Positions 8,489-17,208 of a stretch of DNA of 32,000 bases are shown piece by piece (positions within the stretch are counted from its first letter, which is position 1; the number at the start of each line of letters is the position of its first letter). This stretch comes from Candidatus Omnitrophota bacterium (lineage in GTDB: Bacteria > Omnitrophota > Gorgyraeia > Duberdicusellales > 4484-171). The position numbers were made by a program, and so were the translations under genes. The notes under the pieces were generated by a model that worked only from the letters and a program-made list of their open reading frames with translations, searched no databases and was not told the DNA's origin. The stretch spans positions 13,925 to 45,924 of the forward strand of contig JAIPHU010000009.1 in assembly GCA_021735045.1 (NCBI GenBank), read 5' to 3'.

Positions 8489-9701
8489 CTCTAAAAAAAT
8501 CCTTTATTTTATCTTTTGCAATCTCATGTTTTTGCCCAGTTTCCCGATTTTCAACTTCAACTTTTTTTGATTTCCGGTAATTTTTTCCAATAATCATAAT
8601 ATAAGGATTGCCAATTAAATAAGCATCATTGAACTTTACCCCAGCTGGATCTTTGCGATCATCAACTAAAACAGAAAAACCTTCTGCTTGCAAAAAACTT
8701 TCTATAGATAAAGCTTCTTGCGTTTGTTCCTTATCTAAAATTAATAAAGTTACATCAAATGGAGCTATAGTTTTTGGCCAAATCAATCCTTTATCATCAG
8801 AATTAGTTTCAGCTACTGCAGATAAAATTCTGCTTACTCCTATACCGTAACAACCCATAATCAAAGGTTTTCTTTTACCATCCTTATCTAAAACAAAAGC
8901 TTCTTGTGCCTTTGAGTATTTAGTTCCTAATTTAAAAATATGCCCAATCTCAACCATCTTCTCAGGCTTAGTCTCACTCTGACAAGATAAACATTTACCT
9001 TCTTTTTTATAATATTTTTTGCACTTAGAGCAAAAATATAAAATATCTTCTCCGATTTCAGCCGGAACCATAAATTCATGAGAAGCACTTCCGCCCATAG
9101 CCCCAGGGTCAGCCTCACTTATAACATAGTTAAGCTTAAATTGATCAAATATAACCTTATAAGCTTGGTGCATCTTCTGATAGTTAATCTCTAAGCCTTG
9201 TGAATCAATATCAAAACTATAAGCATCTTTCATAATAAACTCAGAACTTCGCATTAAACCAAAACGGGGCCGCGGTTCATCCCGAAATTTAGTTTGAATC
9301 TGGTAAAGAATAAAAGGCAACTGTTTATAAGAATTTATATAACGTTTTACAATTTCAGTGATTTCTTCCTCATGAGTAGGGCCAAGGCAAAGATTTCTGT
9401 CTTTTCTGTCTTTAAATCTAAACATTACTTCCTCTAAATCTTTATCCCGCCCGGTTTTTTCCCAAATATCAATAGGCTGGACCGCGCTCATAAATAGTTC
9501 TTGAGCCCCAGCTAAATCCATCTGCTTTTTAATTATTTTATTTATCTTAGTTAAAACTTTCCAACCTAAAGGTAAATAAGAATAAATACCTGAGGAAACC
9601 ATGTAGAGAAAATTTGCTTTGAGCAAAAGTTTATGGCTTTTACATTCTGCAACTTTTGGATCTTCTCTAGATGTATTAATAAAACTTTTTGAATAAAGCA
9701 T
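8469..9701 (-). CDS. proS: Proline--tRNA ligase, bacterial type but lacking the INS editing domain
   Basis: 410 aa. Class II motifs are FRDEPRPRFGLMRSSEFIMKDAYSF (motif 2) and GCYGIGVSRIL (motif 3), with a C-terminal anticodon-binding domain. Only about 30 aa containing CxxC-x9-CxxC sit where E. coli ProRS carries the ~180-aa INS. Confidence 0.9.
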   Translation of the reverse strand: MLYSKSFINTSREDPKVAECKSHKLLLKANFLYMVSSGIYSYLPLGWKVLTKINKIIKKQMDLAGAQELFMSAVQPIDIWEKTGRDKDLEEVMFRFKDRKDRNLCLGPTHEEEITEIVKRYINSYKQLPFILYQIQTKFRDEPRPRFGLMRSSEFIMKDAYSFDIDSQGLEINYQKMHQAYKVIFDQFKLNYVISEADPGAMGGSASHEFMVPAEIGEDILYFCSKCKKYYKKEGKCLSCQSETKPEKMVEIGHIFKLGTKYSKAQEAFVLDKDGKRKPLIMGCYGIGVSRILSAVAETNSDDKGLIWPKTIAPFDVTLLILDKEQTQEALSIESFLQAEGFSVLVDDRKDPAGVKFNDAYLIGNPYIMIIGKNYRKSKKVEVENRETGQKHEIAKDKIKDFFRDEYNTK

Positions 9702-9716
9702 AGTTAAACCTTTTGA

Positions 9717-10961
9717 TTAAGTAAATATAGTTTCATTGATTTTTATCCCTTTTTTCTTAAATATTTGGAAAAATGTAGGTTTATTTTTAGCTTGAAAATT
9801 TCCTTTTACTTTAAAATCATCAGTTAACTCTTCTATTTTGTAGGTAAAAATATCTCTTAAATTTATATTATTATCCTCTAACTGACCAACCTCGGTTATA
9901 TGAGTTAACTTTCTAGTTCCATCCTGAAGTTGCTGGTGCTGAACTATTAAGTCAAGGCCTTGTGATATCTGTTTTCTTATCGCCCAAGCCGGCAGATTGA
10001 GGCCAGCGTATAAAGCCATAGTTTCTAATCTAGTTAAAGCATCAATAGGATCAGATGCATGAATTACAGATAAAGAACCCCGATGCCCACTATTTAAAGC
10101 CTGAAGATAATCCATAGCTTCCTTACCTCTAATTTCACCTAAAATTATCCTATTTGGCCTCATTCTTAAAGTATTTCTAAAAAGTGCCCGCGGTGATATT
10201 TCACCTTTCCCTTCAATATTAGGAGGACGAGTTAATAATCTTACCACATGATCCTGGCGTAAATTAAGCTCAAGCGCATCTTCAATAGTAATAATCCTTT
10301 CTGAACTATCAATATATGAAGATAAAACTTCTAACGTTGTCGTTTTACCTGAACCAGTAGCTCCTGAAAACATAATGTTAACGTCAGCTTTAATACAAGC
10401 AACTAAAAAATCCGCCATAGCTTGATTAATCGTCCCTAATCTAACTAAATCTTCTACTTTTTCAATAGACCGTAAAAATTTTCTAATGGTGATTGTTGTT
10501 CCATCAATTGAAAGTGGTGGTAAAATTACATTGACTCGTGAACCATCTTTTAGGGAAAAATCTACATAAGGCGAGCTTTCGTCTACTCTCCGGCCAGAAG
10601 GTGCAACCATTTTCTCAACTATATATCGAAGGTGAGCCGAATCATCAAATTTTGCATCAGCCTCAATCTTTTTACCATTTCTTTCTATATAAATTTTGCC
10701 AGGCCCATTTACCATAATTTCGGTAACTTCTGGGTCATCCATAAGTTTCTGAAGTGGCCCTAGCCCTAAAAAATCATTACAAAGTGAGTTTACCACCGAA
10801 TTTTTTATAGAGTTATCAATTTCAATCTTATTCGTTTTTTCCAGACGTTCAAAAAATACTCTAGCTCTGTTTACTATAAAATTTTTGTCGATATTTTGAT
10901 TGGTCCCAACTAAGGAACTGATATCCTTTCTTAGAGCTTCTTTAATATCTTTTTTATTCAT
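9717..10961 (-). CDS. CpaF/TadA/VirB11-family type II/IV secretion ATPase (orphan)
   Basis: 414 aa. Walker A GATGSGKTTTL, ITIEDALEL, RMRPNRIILGEIRG and the His box GHRGSLSVIHA. The start overlaps the ispG stop by 8 nt. Confidence 0.85.
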   Translation of the reverse strand: MNKKDIKEALRKDISSLVGTNQNIDKNFIVNRARVFFERLEKTNKIEIDNSIKNSVVNSLCNDFLGLGPLQKLMDDPEVTEIMVNGPGKIYIERNGKKIEADAKFDDSAHLRYIVEKMVAPSGRRVDESSPYVDFSLKDGSRVNVILPPLSIDGTTITIRKFLRSIEKVEDLVRLGTINQAMADFLVACIKADVNIMFSGATGSGKTTTLEVLSSYIDSSERIITIEDALELNLRQDHVVRLLTRPPNIEGKGEISPRALFRNTLRMRPNRIILGEIRGKEAMDYLQALNSGHRGSLSVIHASDPIDALTRLETMALYAGLNLPAWAIRKQISQGLDLIVQHQQLQDGTRKLTHITEVGQLEDNNINLRDIFTYKIEELTDDFKVKGNFQAKNKPTFFQIFKKKGIKINETIFT

Positions 10962-12000
10962 ACTCTTTTAACTCCTTGATTAAATCATCAATTATTTTAT
11001 CTTCGCTGGTTTTTTTAAAAGTCTTACCATTTCTAAACAAAACGCCCTCACCTTTGCCAAAAGCAACTCCTAGGTCTGCTTGAGCCGCTTCTCCAGGACC
11101 ATTTACTACACATCCCATTATCGCAATTTTGCATGGCTTTCTATATTTTATTTCATCTAATTTTTTTCTAAAACTATCCACAATCTCAGGCAAATTAACT
11201 CTGCAGCGTGAACAAGTTGGACAAGAGATAATTTCTGGGCCAAATTTTCGTAAATTTAAAGATTGTGTTATATATTTTGCAACCTTAATTTCAGTAACAG
11301 AATCTGTAGTCAATGACACTCTGATTATGTCTCCTAAGCCTTTCTGAAGCATAATCCCCAATCCAACAGATGATTTTGTTATGCCTTCTAAATAAGAACC
11401 TGTAGCTGTAATACCTAAATGTAAGGGGTAACTGGATTGCTTGGAAAATATTTTGTTTGCAGTAACAGTTGCAGTTATATCTGCACACTTTAGTGAAACC
11501 ATTATATCAAAAAATTTCTGACTCTCCAAGAGTTGAATATAATTAATAGTTTTTTCTACCATCTGTTTTGCTAAATCAGCTTCTGAAATGCTCGCTTTTC
11601 TAAAACCACCAGAATTTACCCCAACCCTTATCGAAATATTTTTTTCTCCTGCCAACTGAGCAATTCTTTTGATATCCTTTTTATCCGAGATATTTAATGG
11701 ATTTAACCTTATCTGGTCAAAACCGTTGTTTATTGCTGCAATTGCCAACTGAGGCTTAAAATGAATATCTGCAGCAATTGGAATCGATATCTGCTTTTTT
11801 AAAATTTTAACTATTTTTGCATCTTCTTCCTTTTCCACTGCTAATCTGATCGCCTCGGTTCCTTCTTGGGCTAATAGTTTAGCCTCTTTTACAAGTAGGT
11901 CTATTTTACTAGTTGGCGTCTTTAACATCCCTTTTATCCTAATTGGATTTTTCCCGCCAACTTCTAGATTCCCTATTTTTACAACTTTAGTTTTTTTCAT
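10954..12000 (-). CDS. ispG: 4-hydroxy-3-methylbut-2-enyl diphosphate synthase (flavodoxin) IspG/GcpE
   Basis: 348 aa. TIM-barrel region plus C-terminal Fe-S ligands (CPTCSRC ... GCVVNGPGE). Confidence 0.95.
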   Translation of the reverse strand: MKKTKVVKIGNLEVGGKNPIRIKGMLKTPTSKIDLLVKEAKLLAQEGTEAIRLAVEKEEDAKIVKILKKQISIPIAADIHFKPQLAIAAINNGFDQIRLNPLNISDKKDIKRIAQLAGEKNISIRVGVNSGGFRKASISEADLAKQMVEKTINYIQLLESQKFFDIMVSLKCADITATVTANKIFSKQSSYPLHLGITATGSYLEGITKSSVGLGIMLQKGLGDIIRVSLTTDSVTEIKVAKYITQSLNLRKFGPEIISCPTCSRCRVNLPEIVDSFRKKLDEIKYRKPCKIAIMGCVVNGPGEAAQADLGVAFGKGEGVLFRNGKTFKKTSEDKIIDDLIKELKEYE

Positions 12001-13423
12001 TCTTTTTCTCTAGATTTTTAATACTTTTAGATTCATTTACTTCTTCTTGGTTAAAAGAACTTTTTAAATCTTTCAAAATATTAGACCCATGTTTTACGAT
12101 ATCATTATAAAAGATAAAAATTGCTAGAGCTATAAGTAAAAAAAATCCAATTTGATTAGCAGTGTCTTCTATCTTTGGGCTTAATGGTTTTCCTTTTATT
12201 TTTTCAATTCCAAAGAAAAGGATATGCCCTCCGTCAAATACCGGTATTGGTAAAAGATTTATAATACATAAAAAAATACTTAGTAATGACATCAACTGGA
12301 GCAAGGCAACAAACCCCAGTTGAGCAGTTTTAGAAATTATATAAGATATATAGATTGGCCCTGCTACCGAATCACGAACGGAAATCGAAGGATCTGTGAT
12401 CATATACCAAAGGCCTTTTATGCTTAAGACAGTAGTTTGAAATAACATCTCCGCCCCCTTTAAAACAGAGGCTGGAAATCTTACTTGTAAGATCTTATCT
12501 TTTACAGGTGGCCTAATCCCAATAACTGAAATATGTTCTTGCTCCTTGCTAACTCCTCCTGCTTCTTCTTTTTTAACAGGAACTTTTAAAGAAAATGTTC
12601 TTCCCTTTCTCTTTACTTTTAGCAAAACGCTTTCTTTAGAATCTTGTATATTGTTAGCTAACTCTTCCCAAGTTTCTACCTTTTGACCATTAACCTTTAT
12701 AATCTGATCACCTTTTTTAAGACCGGCTTTTTTAGCTGGATATTGATCGATAACTTCTCCAATTACCGACCCATAAGGCATAATCCCAATTTGAGATACT
12801 TCAATATCTCTACCCAGCCGATCGGTAGTTTTCTGTTCTTGGACAGGAACATCAATCTTTATTTTTTGGCCATCTCTAATTAAACCCATCTTCACTGAAT
12901 CTTTTGCTTGATAAATCCTATCTTGGAGCTGTGACCAAGACTGCACGTCTCCTCCGGCAACCGTAATAACTTCATCTCCTGGTTGTAAACCATAACTTTG
13001 AGCTGGGGAACCATCTTTAACTGCTCCAATTACAGCATCTTGAACTGGAAACCCCACAGTTGCAATAATAATTAACATCATAAAGGCCAGAATATAATTA
13101 AACAACGGCCCCGCAAAAACAATTGCTGACCGTGCACCTGGTGACTTTGAAAAAAATTCATCTCTGTATCCCCTTGATTCGACCCGACTATCTCCTGCCA
13201 TTTTTATATAACCACCCAAAGGAAATACACAAATCAAAAAATTTGTTTTCTTAATTTTTTTCTTAAAGATTGGCCTACCAAAACCAATTGAAAAATCTGT
13301 TACCCTTACTCCAAATAACCTTGCTACAAGAAAATGTCCAAGTTCATGAATAATAATCAATACACTAAATACTGCTGCAATAATTACACCTTTAATTAAC
13401 ATTGAAATTATAACTGAAATCAT
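11987..13423 (-). CDS. rseP: RIP site-2 metalloprotease RseP (M50) with PDZ domains
   Basis: 478 aa. HELGHFLVA zinc motif, two PDZ-like segments and a C-terminal membrane region with FDGGH. It holds the conserved position between dxr and ispG. Confidence 0.9.
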   Translation of the reverse strand: MISVIISMLIKGVIIAAVFSVLIIIHELGHFLVARLFGVRVTDFSIGFGRPIFKKKIKKTNFLICVFPLGGYIKMAGDSRVESRGYRDEFFSKSPGARSAIVFAGPLFNYILAFMMLIIIATVGFPVQDAVIGAVKDGSPAQSYGLQPGDEVITVAGGDVQSWSQLQDRIYQAKDSVKMGLIRDGQKIKIDVPVQEQKTTDRLGRDIEVSQIGIMPYGSVIGEVIDQYPAKKAGLKKGDQIIKVNGQKVETWEELANNIQDSKESVLLKVKRKGRTFSLKVPVKKEEAGGVSKEQEHISVIGIRPPVKDKILQVRFPASVLKGAEMLFQTTVLSIKGLWYMITDPSISVRDSVAGPIYISYIISKTAQLGFVALLQLMSLLSIFLCIINLLPIPVFDGGHILFFGIEKIKGKPLSPKIEDTANQIGFFLLIALAIFIFYNDIVKHGSNILKDLKSSFNQEEVNESKSIKNLEKKNEKN

Positions 13424-14580
13424 ATCTCTCCTAAAATCTCCTTTGTTTTATACCTTGCCCACCTGTCCCAATAATAAATATCTTTAACTGATTTTATTTT
13501 TTTCTTTGGATATATTTTAAACATTTTTTTAATATTTTTTTCAATTTGAGTAAACTTAATCTTTCCATTTAAAAATAAATCAACAACTATTTCATCACAA
13601 GCATTTAAAATAACTAAAGAATTATCTCCCCGTTTACCAGCCTCTAAAATTATTTTTAATAAAGGAAACTGTTTATAAGATATAGGGCTATAGGAAAAAC
13701 TATACTCTTTTTTTTCATTATCTGATTTAGGTAATTTCATTCTTTTTGGATAAAAAAGCGCATAAGATATAGGTTTTTTCATATCCGGAGGATAAATACA
13801 ACTAAAAGTTGTCCGGTCAGATAACTTAACCATTGCATGCATTAAAGACTGGCGATGCAAAAGTATTCCGATATTTTGATAATCAATATTAAAAAAATTA
13901 TGAGCCTCTATCACTTCGAATCCTTTATTAACTAAAGTTGCGCTATCAACGGTGATCCTTTTGCCCATATCCCAAGTCGGATGATTTAAAACTTGTTTTG
14001 CAGTAACCTTTTTTAAAGATTTTTGATCATAATTTAGGAGTGCACCGCCTGAAGCTGTAATATAAATTTTACCTATATTCTTATTGTTTATTTTGTTCAA
14101 ATTAAGCAGTTGAAATATTGCATTTATCTCACTATCTACAGGAATAATCTCTGTTTTGTGTTTTTTTGCTTTCTTGAAAATAAATTTTGCCCCGATAACC
14201 ACTGCCTCTTTATTGGCTAAAGCGATTCTCTTGCTAAATTCAATATTTATAAGCAATGGCCTAAGGCAATCTATACCCGAGATAGCCATAATTGAAATAT
14301 CGGATTTTATTTGAGAAAACTTTTCTAGGCCTTGTTCGCCACTCAATAGTTTGAATTTTATTTTCGTTCTTTTTTTCAGCTTGTTAGCTGCTGCTTTATC
14401 TTTTAAGCATACATACTTGGGCTTAAATTTTTTAATTTGTTTAACTATTTCTTTTATGTTGCTATTGCTGCAAAGGCCTATAACCTCAAACTTATCTGTT
14501 GTTTTTTCTATAACCTTTAGGCTATTTTTACCAACTGAACCAGTAGAACCAAAAACTAATACCTTCTTTTTTTTACCCAT
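13420..14580 (-). CDS. dxr: 1-deoxy-D-xylulose 5-phosphate reductoisomerase
   Basis: 386 aa. N-terminal NADPH fold GSTGSVGKNSL, plus LANKEAVV, PVDSEINAIFQ and NHPTWDMGKRITVDSATLVNKG. Confidence 0.95.
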   Translation of the reverse strand: MGKKKKVLVFGSTGSVGKNSLKVIEKTTDKFEVIGLCSNSNIKEIVKQIKKFKPKYVCLKDKAAANKLKKRTKIKFKLLSGEQGLEKFSQIKSDISIMAISGIDCLRPLLINIEFSKRIALANKEAVVIGAKFIFKKAKKHKTEIIPVDSEINAIFQLLNLNKINNKNIGKIYITASGGALLNYDQKSLKKVTAKQVLNHPTWDMGKRITVDSATLVNKGFEVIEAHNFFNIDYQNIGILLHRQSLMHAMVKLSDRTTFSCIYPPDMKKPISYALFYPKRMKLPKSDNEKKEYSFSYSPISYKQFPLLKIILEAGKRGDNSLVILNACDEIVVDLFLNGKIKFTQIEKNIKKMFKIYPKKKIKSVKDIYYWDRWARYKTKEILGEI

Positions 14581-14589
14581 AAGTATTTA

Positions 14590-14620
14590 CTTTAACCTTT
14601 ATCCTTTAACCTTTAACCTT
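14590..14620. repeat. Heptamer tandem array (CTTTAAC x4.5) between cdsA and dxr
   Basis: ctttaac ctttatc ctttaac ctttaac ctta. On the minus strand this reads as repeated GGTTAAA upstream of the dxr ATG. Confidence 0.8.
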
Positions 14621-14624
14621 ATTT

Positions 14625-15428
14625 TTAACGCATCATTGTAATATATACATAAAAAGTCGGAGCCGTAAAAATCAAGCTGTCAATAACATCTAAAACTCCG
14701 CCCATAGTTAAAAACATTTTTCCTGAATCTTTAACTTGGCAGTCTCTTTTAATTAAAGATTCAAAAAGATCTCCCAATTGAGAAACAATAGCTAGAATTA
14801 TAATTAAAAAAAACTTTTCCCAAAAACTAATGCTTTCGATAAATAATGAATAAATTAGCCCTACTCCTAAGCTCATAAAAAATCCGCCGGCAGTTCCCTC
14901 AAGCGTTTTTTTGGGACTTATTTTTTTAATTAAAGAAGTTTTGCCAAAACTTTTCCCCCAAAGATAGGCTCCTATATCTGAAGACTTAGTAACCAAAACT
15001 AAAAAACTTAAAAGTAATGCTCCTTCCGGAAGTTGACGTATTCTAATTACAAAACTAAAACACCAAGAAATATATAAAACACCAAAAATAGTAGCTGAGA
15101 TTGAAAGTATTGGTTGATGGGCTCTTTTTTTAGTTAACTCTAAAAGAAATAACAAAAACAGGCCAAGAACCACAAAAAGAAATTGCCATCCTTCTTTTAT
15201 TGAAAAGCCAAAATAGATAGTTATTGGTATTAAAAGGCCAATAGCAAGCCCAACCGGCTTAAACATTCTTACCTTTTTCTTCTCTACCATATAAAAAAAC
15301 TCATAAAGTGCAATAAATATAAAAAGAGTTACAAACATACCGCAAAGCGGATAAGAAACAATTCCTATAACTGCTACAACTGCTAAAATAATAGAAAATA
15401 TTAATCTTTTAAGCATTGATTTTTCCAA
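14625..15428 (-). CDS. cdsA: Phosphatidate cytidylyltransferase (CdsA family) with a divergent C-terminal signature
   Basis: 267 aa polytopic membrane protein. SLIKRDCQVKDSGKMFLTMGGVLDVIDS aligns to the CdsA signature. It holds the conserved position between uppS and dxr. Confidence 0.85.
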   Translation of the reverse strand: MEKSMLKRLIFSIILAVVAVIGIVSYPLCGMFVTLFIFIALYEFFYMVEKKKVRMFKPVGLAIGLLIPITIYFGFSIKEGWQFLFVVLGLFLLFLLELTKKRAHQPILSISATIFGVLYISWCFSFVIRIRQLPEGALLLSFLVLVTKSSDIGAYLWGKSFGKTSLIKKISPKKTLEGTAGGFFMSLGVGLIYSLFIESISFWEKFFLIIILAIVSQLGDLFESLIKRDCQVKDSGKMFLTMGGVLDVIDSLIFTAPTFYVYITMMR

Positions 15429-16119
15429 ATTTTCTCACCCTCCCCGAATATTCTTCGATAATATTATCAACCCATTTTTTATCAAAATCTGGCCATAACA
15501 CTCCAGGAAAACAAAACTCAGTATAGGCAGTTTGCCAAATGAGAAAATTACTAATTCGTTTTTCCCCAGAAGTTCTCACCAAAATATCCGGATCATTAAA
15601 CTTCGATAAAGAAAGATAGTTGGCAAAATTTTCTTCATCTATTTCTTCCTCTTTCATAGAGCTATTATTGACTGCTTGAACTATTTTTTTAGTCGCACTA
15701 ACTATATCCCAACGGCCCCCGTAATCTATAGCAATATTTAGGAAAAAATTAGCATTATCGCAAGTGGCCTTTTCAATTTCATCAATTTTGTTCAAAACTT
15801 TCTTGTTTAACCTGTCTCTACGGCCAATTATTTTAAGTTTTATGCCTTCTTTAATTAATTCTTTCTTATAGTTGGTTAAAAAATTGATTAAATAATCAAA
15901 TAAATGCCTTATCTCATTTTTCGGCCTATTCCAATTTTCTGTTGAAAAAGCAAAAAAAGTTAAAACCTTTATCCCTTTTTTCTTGGCTTGATGGACTACT
16001 TCTTTTACCCGTTTAGCTCCTTGCCTATGCCCTTCGGTTCTAGGTAAACCTCTCTCTTTAGCCCAACGGCCATTGCCATCCATTATAATTGCAACATGAT
16101 CAGGAATCGTTAAACTCAT
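15409..16119 (-). CDS. uppS: Isoprenyl transferase / undecaprenyl-diphosphate synthase
   Basis: 236 aa. HVAIIMDGNGRWA, FAFSTENWNRP and RTSGEKRISNFLIWQ. Confidence 0.95.
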   Translation of the reverse strand: MSLTIPDHVAIIMDGNGRWAKERGLPRTEGHRQGAKRVKEVVHQAKKKGIKVLTFFAFSTENWNRPKNEIRHLFDYLINFLTNYKKELIKEGIKLKIIGRRDRLNKKVLNKIDEIEKATCDNANFFLNIAIDYGGRWDIVSATKKIVQAVNNSSMKEEEIDEENFANYLSLSKFNDPDILVRTSGEKRISNFLIWQTAYTEFCFPGVLWPDFDKKWVDNIIEEYSGRVRKFGKINA

Positions 16120-16143
16120 TTCACCCGCCTATATAATATTTAA

Positions 16144-16165
16144 GGGGGCGTGTGCCCCCTTTTTT
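16144..16165. terminator. GC hairpin between the coiled-coil gene and uppS
   Basis: GGGGGC-gtgt-GCCCCC is followed by TTTTTT on the plus strand and preceded by an A-rich run. On the gene-bearing minus strand it is followed only by TTAAATATT. Confidence 0.5.
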
Positions 16166-16195
16166 ATAAAGCAAAGTTATAAAACCTTAAAGCAA

Positions 16196-16576
16196 CTATT
16201 GCTTTTTAAGATTTTTTTCTTTTGATTCTTCTTCTTTAGATATTTCTTCTAAAGATTTACTTTCTTCTTTTAACGTCTTAACTTTTTCCTCGAGCTGCTT
16301 AACCTGGGAAGAAAACTGATTATTCTCTTGCTTTAGATCATCTACAGTTTTACTCAATGAGATATTCTGTGCATTTAACTGTTCTGCCTTTTCCTGAAGA
16401 TCTATTTTTTCTTCTTTTAAGTCTTCGATAGTTTTTTCTAAACTTATATTTTTTGCACTTTCTTGTTTATATTCTTTGGATAAAGAATTAACTTTCACCA
16501 AAAGAGAAACTCCTCCTATAACTAACACCACAACAAGCCCAACTAATAAGCTTATTATCCAAACATTATTTTTCAT
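16196..16576 (-). CDS. Membrane-anchored coiled-coil protein, function unknown
   Basis: 126 aa with one N-terminal TM helix and then a heptad-rich K/E region. It has an internal repeat (NISLEKTIEDLKEEK / NISLSKTVDDLKQEN). The ATGA overlap with the upstream OmpA-like gene suggests coupling. Confidence 0.6.
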   Translation of the reverse strand: MKNNVWIISLLVGLVVVLVIGGVSLLVKVNSLSKEYKQESAKNISLEKTIEDLKEEKIDLQEKAEQLNAQNISLSKTVDDLKQENNQFSSQVKQLEEKVKTLKEESKSLEEISKEEESKEKNLKKQ

Positions 16577-17208
16577 TTTAGTTCCTCCTCTGAATAAACT
16601 TCTTCAACTTGATCTTGTTCTGTTTTAGTTATTGCTTTAGGTAAAACCACTATCTCTACTCTCCGATTCAATTGGCGGCCTTTTTCTGTGTCATTTGAAG
16701 CAACTGGCCTATAAGGGCCATAGCCCCTTGCTGAAAGTTTCTTTGAATTAACTCCTTTACTTTCTAAATAATACAAAACACTTAAAGCTCGTTGAGTCGA
16801 AAGTTCCCAATTTGAATCCCAACCTGAATGCTTAATTGGAATATTGTCAGTATGGCCTTCGACTCCAATCTCGTTGCCGGGAACTTCTTCTTTTAGAATT
16901 CTAGCTACCTTATCTAGCATTTCTTTACTATCTTGCTTTATCTTAGCCTTTCCCGAATTAAAAAGAACCTCCGCTACAAAAGTAATCACTAGTCCCTTTT
17001 CTGCCATTTCCAGACGAACCTGTTGATCTTGCAACTCTGTTGCTAGGCGCTTTTTTAGAACTTCCCTGGCATGCTTTAGGCTTTCCAGTTCTTTTTTTAA
17101 AGTTTGAATTTTTTCTATATCGGAGCGGCGTCCTTTTTGAAAAACCACTGCGCAACCATTAAAAATAAAAACAGATATAACCAGTAGTAAAAATATTTTA
17201 TTTTTCAT
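16573..17208 (-). CDS. OmpA/MotB-family peptidoglycan-binding lipoprotein (Pal-like)
   Basis: 211 aa. Signal peptide with lipobox IFNGC, a coiled-coil linker and a C-terminal OmpA-like domain (GHTDNIPI ... NRRVEIVV). SD AGGAGG is upstream. Confidence 0.85.
   Translation of the reverse strand: MKNKIFLLLVISVFIFNGCAVVFQKGRRSDIEKIQTLKKELESLKHAREVLKKRLATELQDQQVRLEMAEKGLVITFVAEVLFNSGKAKIKQDSKEMLDKVARILKEEVPGNEIGVEGHTDNIPIKHSGWDSNWELSTQRALSVLYYLESKGVNSKKLSARGYGPYRPVASNDTEKGRQLNRRVEIVVLPKAITKTEQDQVEEVYSEEELK

Noticed and set aside
8927-9118. Nested minus-strand ORFs in alternative frames (8927-9118 in proS, 11291-11488 in ispG, 16958-17155 in the OmpA-like gene).
   Set aside because: They lie inside genes whose main frame carries unmistakable family motifs. 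The alternative-frame products are Arg/Ser/Leu-rich with no recognisable features.
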